Assembly (NCBI GenBank): GCA_009927565.1
Contig: RFMT01000382.1
Span: forward strand, 1 to 31,376
Direction of reading: 5' to 3'
Source of the DNA: Acidimicrobiia bacterium
GTDB taxonomy: Bacteria; Actinomycetota; Acidimicrobiia; Acidimicrobiales; Ilumatobacteraceae
Length of the DNA: 31,376 nt
Part shown: positions 28,512-31,376 of the stretch, one piece after another
How positions within the stretch are numbered: the stretch's first letter is position 1
Layout of the letters: each line of letters begins with the position of its first letter
Translations under genes and position numbers: made by a program
Notes under the pieces: generated by a model
Told to the model about the DNA's origin: nothing
The model's input: the letters and a program-made list of their open reading frames with translations, nothing else
Database searches by the model: none

Positions 28512-28540
28512 CTCATCCCCCTAATAAATATAAATGCTAC

Positions 28541-28571
28541 TCTTATTAAGAATATAATCTACTATTAGATT
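28541..28571. promoter_or_regulatory. Divergent promoter region with two adjacent inverted repeats (candidate TetR operators)
   Basis: TCTTA-T-TAAGA (28541-28551) and AATCTA-CTAT-TAGATT (28556-28571) flank or overlap a perfect TATAAT (28553-28558) in an AT-rich 104-bp intergenic gap. Confidence 0.5.
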
Positions 28572-28615
28572 TTGTCATCGGCAAGTCGCAATTCACCTAG
28601 AATTCGGGGCAACAA

Positions 28616-29869
28616 ATGCTTTTTAATTCGACGCCTTCGCCAGCAATTGCCAAACGTGCCCCGTCGACTCGGGCCCAGGCGAACAAAGCCAAGATGATCA
28701 AGGCAATAGTTCGCAATGCCGCCGACCACGGGCTTGATCAACTCAGCATTGGCCAAGTGGCAAAACGCGCTGGTCTAACCACCGGGGCAATTTACGGTCG
28801 GTATGAAGACCGTGACGAATTGGCCATCGAACTTTGGCACTCAGTCATTAAAGAGCCACTCAGAGCACGCCTTGAACGAGGGGTCGAGTTCATGGCCGCC
28901 AACGTGCGCATCTCGCGAACGCGTGATATGACGCCACTGACAAACGACGAATTGCTGGCACTGATCATTAGCGACTTCGAGTCACCAGATGAAATTGCCA
29001 AAATCGGCGCCGAATTCTTGGTCGTCGCGCGTCGCGACCTCGCAATTGGCGAAGTTGTTATCCCTGAAGTTTCAGGTTGGCTCACAGATCTTGGCCTAGT
29101 CAATTCGCAATCGGCGATCGACAAGGCGGCAATTGTCATCGCACTTTCGGCGTCTATCGGCACGGCCCTGCGTGCGTTTGTGTTCAAATCAAATCCGAGT
29201 TGGTATTTAATCGCTGACGGCTTGCGCTCTGCAGCGGCGGCAGCCCAACCAACACAACAACAAGCCGATATTGAAGCACCTCACTGGACAGATCCGCAGA
29301 CCGAAAACCCGGTGCGCACGGCGTTGATCTACGCCGTGGCAGAAGTCGTTGCCAAGTCGGGATATGCCAACGCCACAATTTCTAGAATTGTTCGTCGTGC
29401 GGGGTTGACAAACGGCTCGCTATACAACTTGTATGCCGACAAAGAAGCCCTTACCGACGACGCGATGCAAATTTTTCTGAACCTTGCGTCAGATGTTAAC
29501 CGCGAAAGCAATGCCCGTGCCGAGACACAGTTGCGAATTGATCGCGGTCTCACCGATAGTTTCATGCTTGCGTTTATGCCGCATCGTCGTCAATGGCTTG
29601 ATTTTCGCCTTGAGTGCTTAATTGCCTCGCGCGATCACCTGCCAACGCGAAGAAAATTCAGGCAAAGCCTCGAGCGATCAAGAGACAACCTCGCCGCGAC
29701 GATGCCTGACTTGGCGCAGGAAACTATCAACTTGCTTTCGAGTGGCGAACAGGCGATCGGTATCGGGTTGACGACTCTTGGGCCATATACGACTCTCGTG
29801 CAAGACGGCGACTATTTCTCGATTATGGCCAAACTCTCAGAACAGAACAGACTTCTGAATTCAAAATAA
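28616..29869 (+). CDS. Tandem (double) TetR-family transcriptional regulator
   Basis: Two TetR HTH domains, SIGQVAKRAGLTTGAIYGRY (aa ~44-63) and TISRIVRRAGLTNGSLYNLY (aa ~254-273), each followed by a helical domain. The start codon is uncertain. Confidence 0.85.
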   Translation: MLFNSTPSPAIAKRAPSTRAQANKAKMIKAIVRNAADHGLDQLSIGQVAKRAGLTTGAIYGRYEDRDELAIELWHSVIKEPLRARLERGVEFMAANVRISRTRDMTPLTNDELLALIISDFESPDEIAKIGAEFLVVARRDLAIGEVVIPEVSGWLTDLGLVNSQSAIDKAAIVIALSASIGTALRAFVFKSNPSWYLIADGLRSAAAAAQPTQQQADIEAPHWTDPQTENPVRTALIYAVAEVVAKSGYANATISRIVRRAGLTNGSLYNLYADKEALTDDAMQIFLNLASDVNRESNARAETQLRIDRGLTDSFMLAFMPHRRQWLDFRLECLIASRDHLPTRRKFRQSLERSRDNLAATMPDLAQETINLLSSGEQAIGIGLTTLGPYTTLVQDGDYFSIMAKLSEQNRLLNSK

Positions 29870-29872
29870 CTA

Positions 29873-30637
29873 TCAAGAAAACGGTGGCGCAGGAATATAT
29901 TGACAGATCGGTTGACCTGCCATCACCGTCCACTGCGAACCAGGTATGCGTTCGGTCAGTGCACGCATCGCCAAATCGCCCGCGATCGAGATTTCCATCA
30001 CGCCCATGCTGAACGACTTGGCATATTCGCGTGCGAGTTCACTAACCAACGGCGTGTCTAAAAAGCCCGGACATAACGCGCTGATGCAAACGCCGTGTGG
30101 CTCGAGTGCCGGACCAAGAGATTTCACGAGGCCCACCATCGCATGCTTGGTTAGTCCGTAAATTGGGTCGGGCGCGATGGCGATAATGCCCGCCAGCGAC
30201 GCAGTTACCAAAATATGGCCGCTCTTGCGAGCAACCATTCCCGGAATAACCGCACGCGCGCCATAGACGACACCGTCAACATTGATGCTCATGATGCGCT
30301 CGTAAGCGTCGTTGTCGAGTTTTTCGAGCGGAAAATTCGAGATGTTGCCAATTACGTTTTGATGCGTCGAGACACCTGCGTTGAGACACACAATGTCAAA
30401 CGGCTCAAATGTCGGTATCAATTTTTGCCAGGCTTGCGAATCAGTCACGTCAAGGTGCACATATTCACCGCCTACTTCAACTGCTACTTGCTTGCCGAGC
30501 GTGTCGTTGACATCAGCAACGACAACTGTTGCTCCTTCGCGCGTAAATCGGCGTGCCATCTCTGCGCCAATACCACTTGCACCGCCAGTAATAAATGCTC
30601 GATGCCCCGCCAATTGCCCCGTCGTGTCGTTGCCCAT
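29873..30637 (-). CDS. SDR-family oxidoreductase
   Basis: TGGASGIG, NAG, ASLAG and YGLTK catalytic motif. Confidence 0.93.
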   Translation of the reverse strand: MGNDTTGQLAGHRAFITGGASGIGAEMARRFTREGATVVVADVNDTLGKQVAVEVGGEYVHLDVTDSQAWQKLIPTFEPFDIVCLNAGVSTHQNVIGNISNFPLEKLDNDAYERIMSINVDGVVYGARAVIPGMVARKSGHILVTASLAGIIAIAPDPIYGLTKHAMVGLVKSLGPALEPHGVCISALCPGFLDTPLVSELAREYAKSFSMGVMEISIAGDLAMRALTERIPGSQWTVMAGQPICQYIPAPPFS

Positions 30638-30769
30638 GAGTCAACCGAGTTTAACCCAGCCACCCACTAGACCGCACATAAACTTGCCGGCTCTGCGGTA
30701 GCAGGCGAAAATCGAAGTTGGTCGACCGCCAGAGTTATGCTTGGCCACAATTCACCAAGGAGGTTGGCG

Positions 30770-31313
30770 TTGAAACGACAACAATCAACCGCGCAGGCCA
30801 TTTATCGGCGTTCTCCAGAACCACAACGCACGACAATGCTGGTCATGCGCGAGCGAATCTTGAAAATAATTCCCGACGCCGTCGAGGTCGTGAGTTACGG
30901 CATGCCAGCATTCAAACTTGATGGAACAGTCGTGGCGGGCATGCTTGCCGCAAAGCATCATGTGAGTTTCTGCCCATTCAGTGGCGCAACTCTAGGCGTA
31001 TTGCATAGTGACCTGAAAGGTTTCACCTATACCAAGAGCGTGCTTCATGTGCCAGCCGACAAGCCACTTTCGGTTGCGTTGTTGAGAAAACTAATTGCCG
31101 CCGGCGCGCTGAAATCATTGCCGATGATTGGGTCTCGCTCGGGCTCGCCGCACCTGCCCGCCGCGCGCTCAACGGTGCAGGTCTGCGTAGTCTGCGAGAT
31201 TGACCAAGTGGCGCGAAGCCGACATCGCATCATTGCACGGTATGGGGCCAACTGCGATCGCTGCTCTGCGCGTCGCTCTGAAAAAAAGGCGACTCTCTTT
31301 TGCCAAAAAGTAG
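30770..31313 (+). CDS. DUF1801 (YdhG-like) domain fused to an RNA-polymerase-alpha-CTD-like helix-hairpin-helix domain; two apparent -1 frameshifts (~31102, ~31200)
   Basis: RBS AAGGAGG (30757-30763) then TTG 30770: ..RERILKIIPDAVEVVSYGMPAFKLDG..HVSFCPFSG..KPLSVALLRKLIAA. The next frame reads RRAEIIADDWVSLGLAAPARRALNGAGLRSLRD and the next LTKWREADIASLHGMGPTAIAALRVALKKRRLSFAKK* (TAG 31311-31313). Confidence 0.75.
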
Positions 31314-31376
31314 ATCAACGAAAATCGACTAAGTGCGTACCGCCGACCGCAAACCTTTTCGGTCTCACTGACAACT

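Noticed and set aside
28508-28516. Minimal uORF ATG-AGA-TGA overlapping the start of the giant gene
   Set aside because: It is too close to the GGGGG RBS to be the favoured start and is easily produced by chance.
116-31251. The many 60-210-aa ORFs overlapping or antisense to the called genes (e.g. 8784-9353, 14133-14783, 24222-24845, 25644-26186)
   Set aside because: They are shadow frames of recognisable genes, with no motifs, no RBS and atypical composition.
31103-31376. DUF1801 frame staying open to the window end
   Set aside because: After residue ~111 this frame reads as Cys/Arg-rich nonsense, while the shifted frames give a coherent alpha-CTD-like domain.

Overview
A tightly packed chromosomal window of moderate GC. 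Gene content points to an Acidimicrobiia-like actinobacterium (inference): acyl-ACP desaturase, CarD, a Tat-exported binding protein, leaderless-type promoters and a MACR/acidirhodopsin-like proton pump. From left to right it contains: the 3' end of a GcvT-family dehydrogenase; a Dpp/Opp-type ABC transporter operon; an rmlACBD (dTDP-rhamnose) plus desaturase operon; a class III aminotransferase; a 3-hydroxyisobutyrate-dehydrogenase-family gene; CarD with a histone-H1-like tail; two divergent dimethylglycine/sarcosine-dehydrogenase-like genes and a non-pyrrolysine MttB; tRNA-Arg(TCT); fdhD; a DTE rhodopsin; YeiH; beta-carbonic anhydrase; EamA; a 1452-aa secreted Ig-domain protein ending in about 68 octapeptide repeats, divergent from a tandem double-TetR regulator; an SDR; and a DUF1801 + RNAP-alpha-CTD-like fusion that the ORF track misses. 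The best candidate for an undescribed system is the repeat surface protein with its double TetR and a palindrome pair in the shared promoter. Five single-base frameshifts at short homopolymers are most likely long-read assembly errors. I saw no integrase, transposase or CRISPR array.
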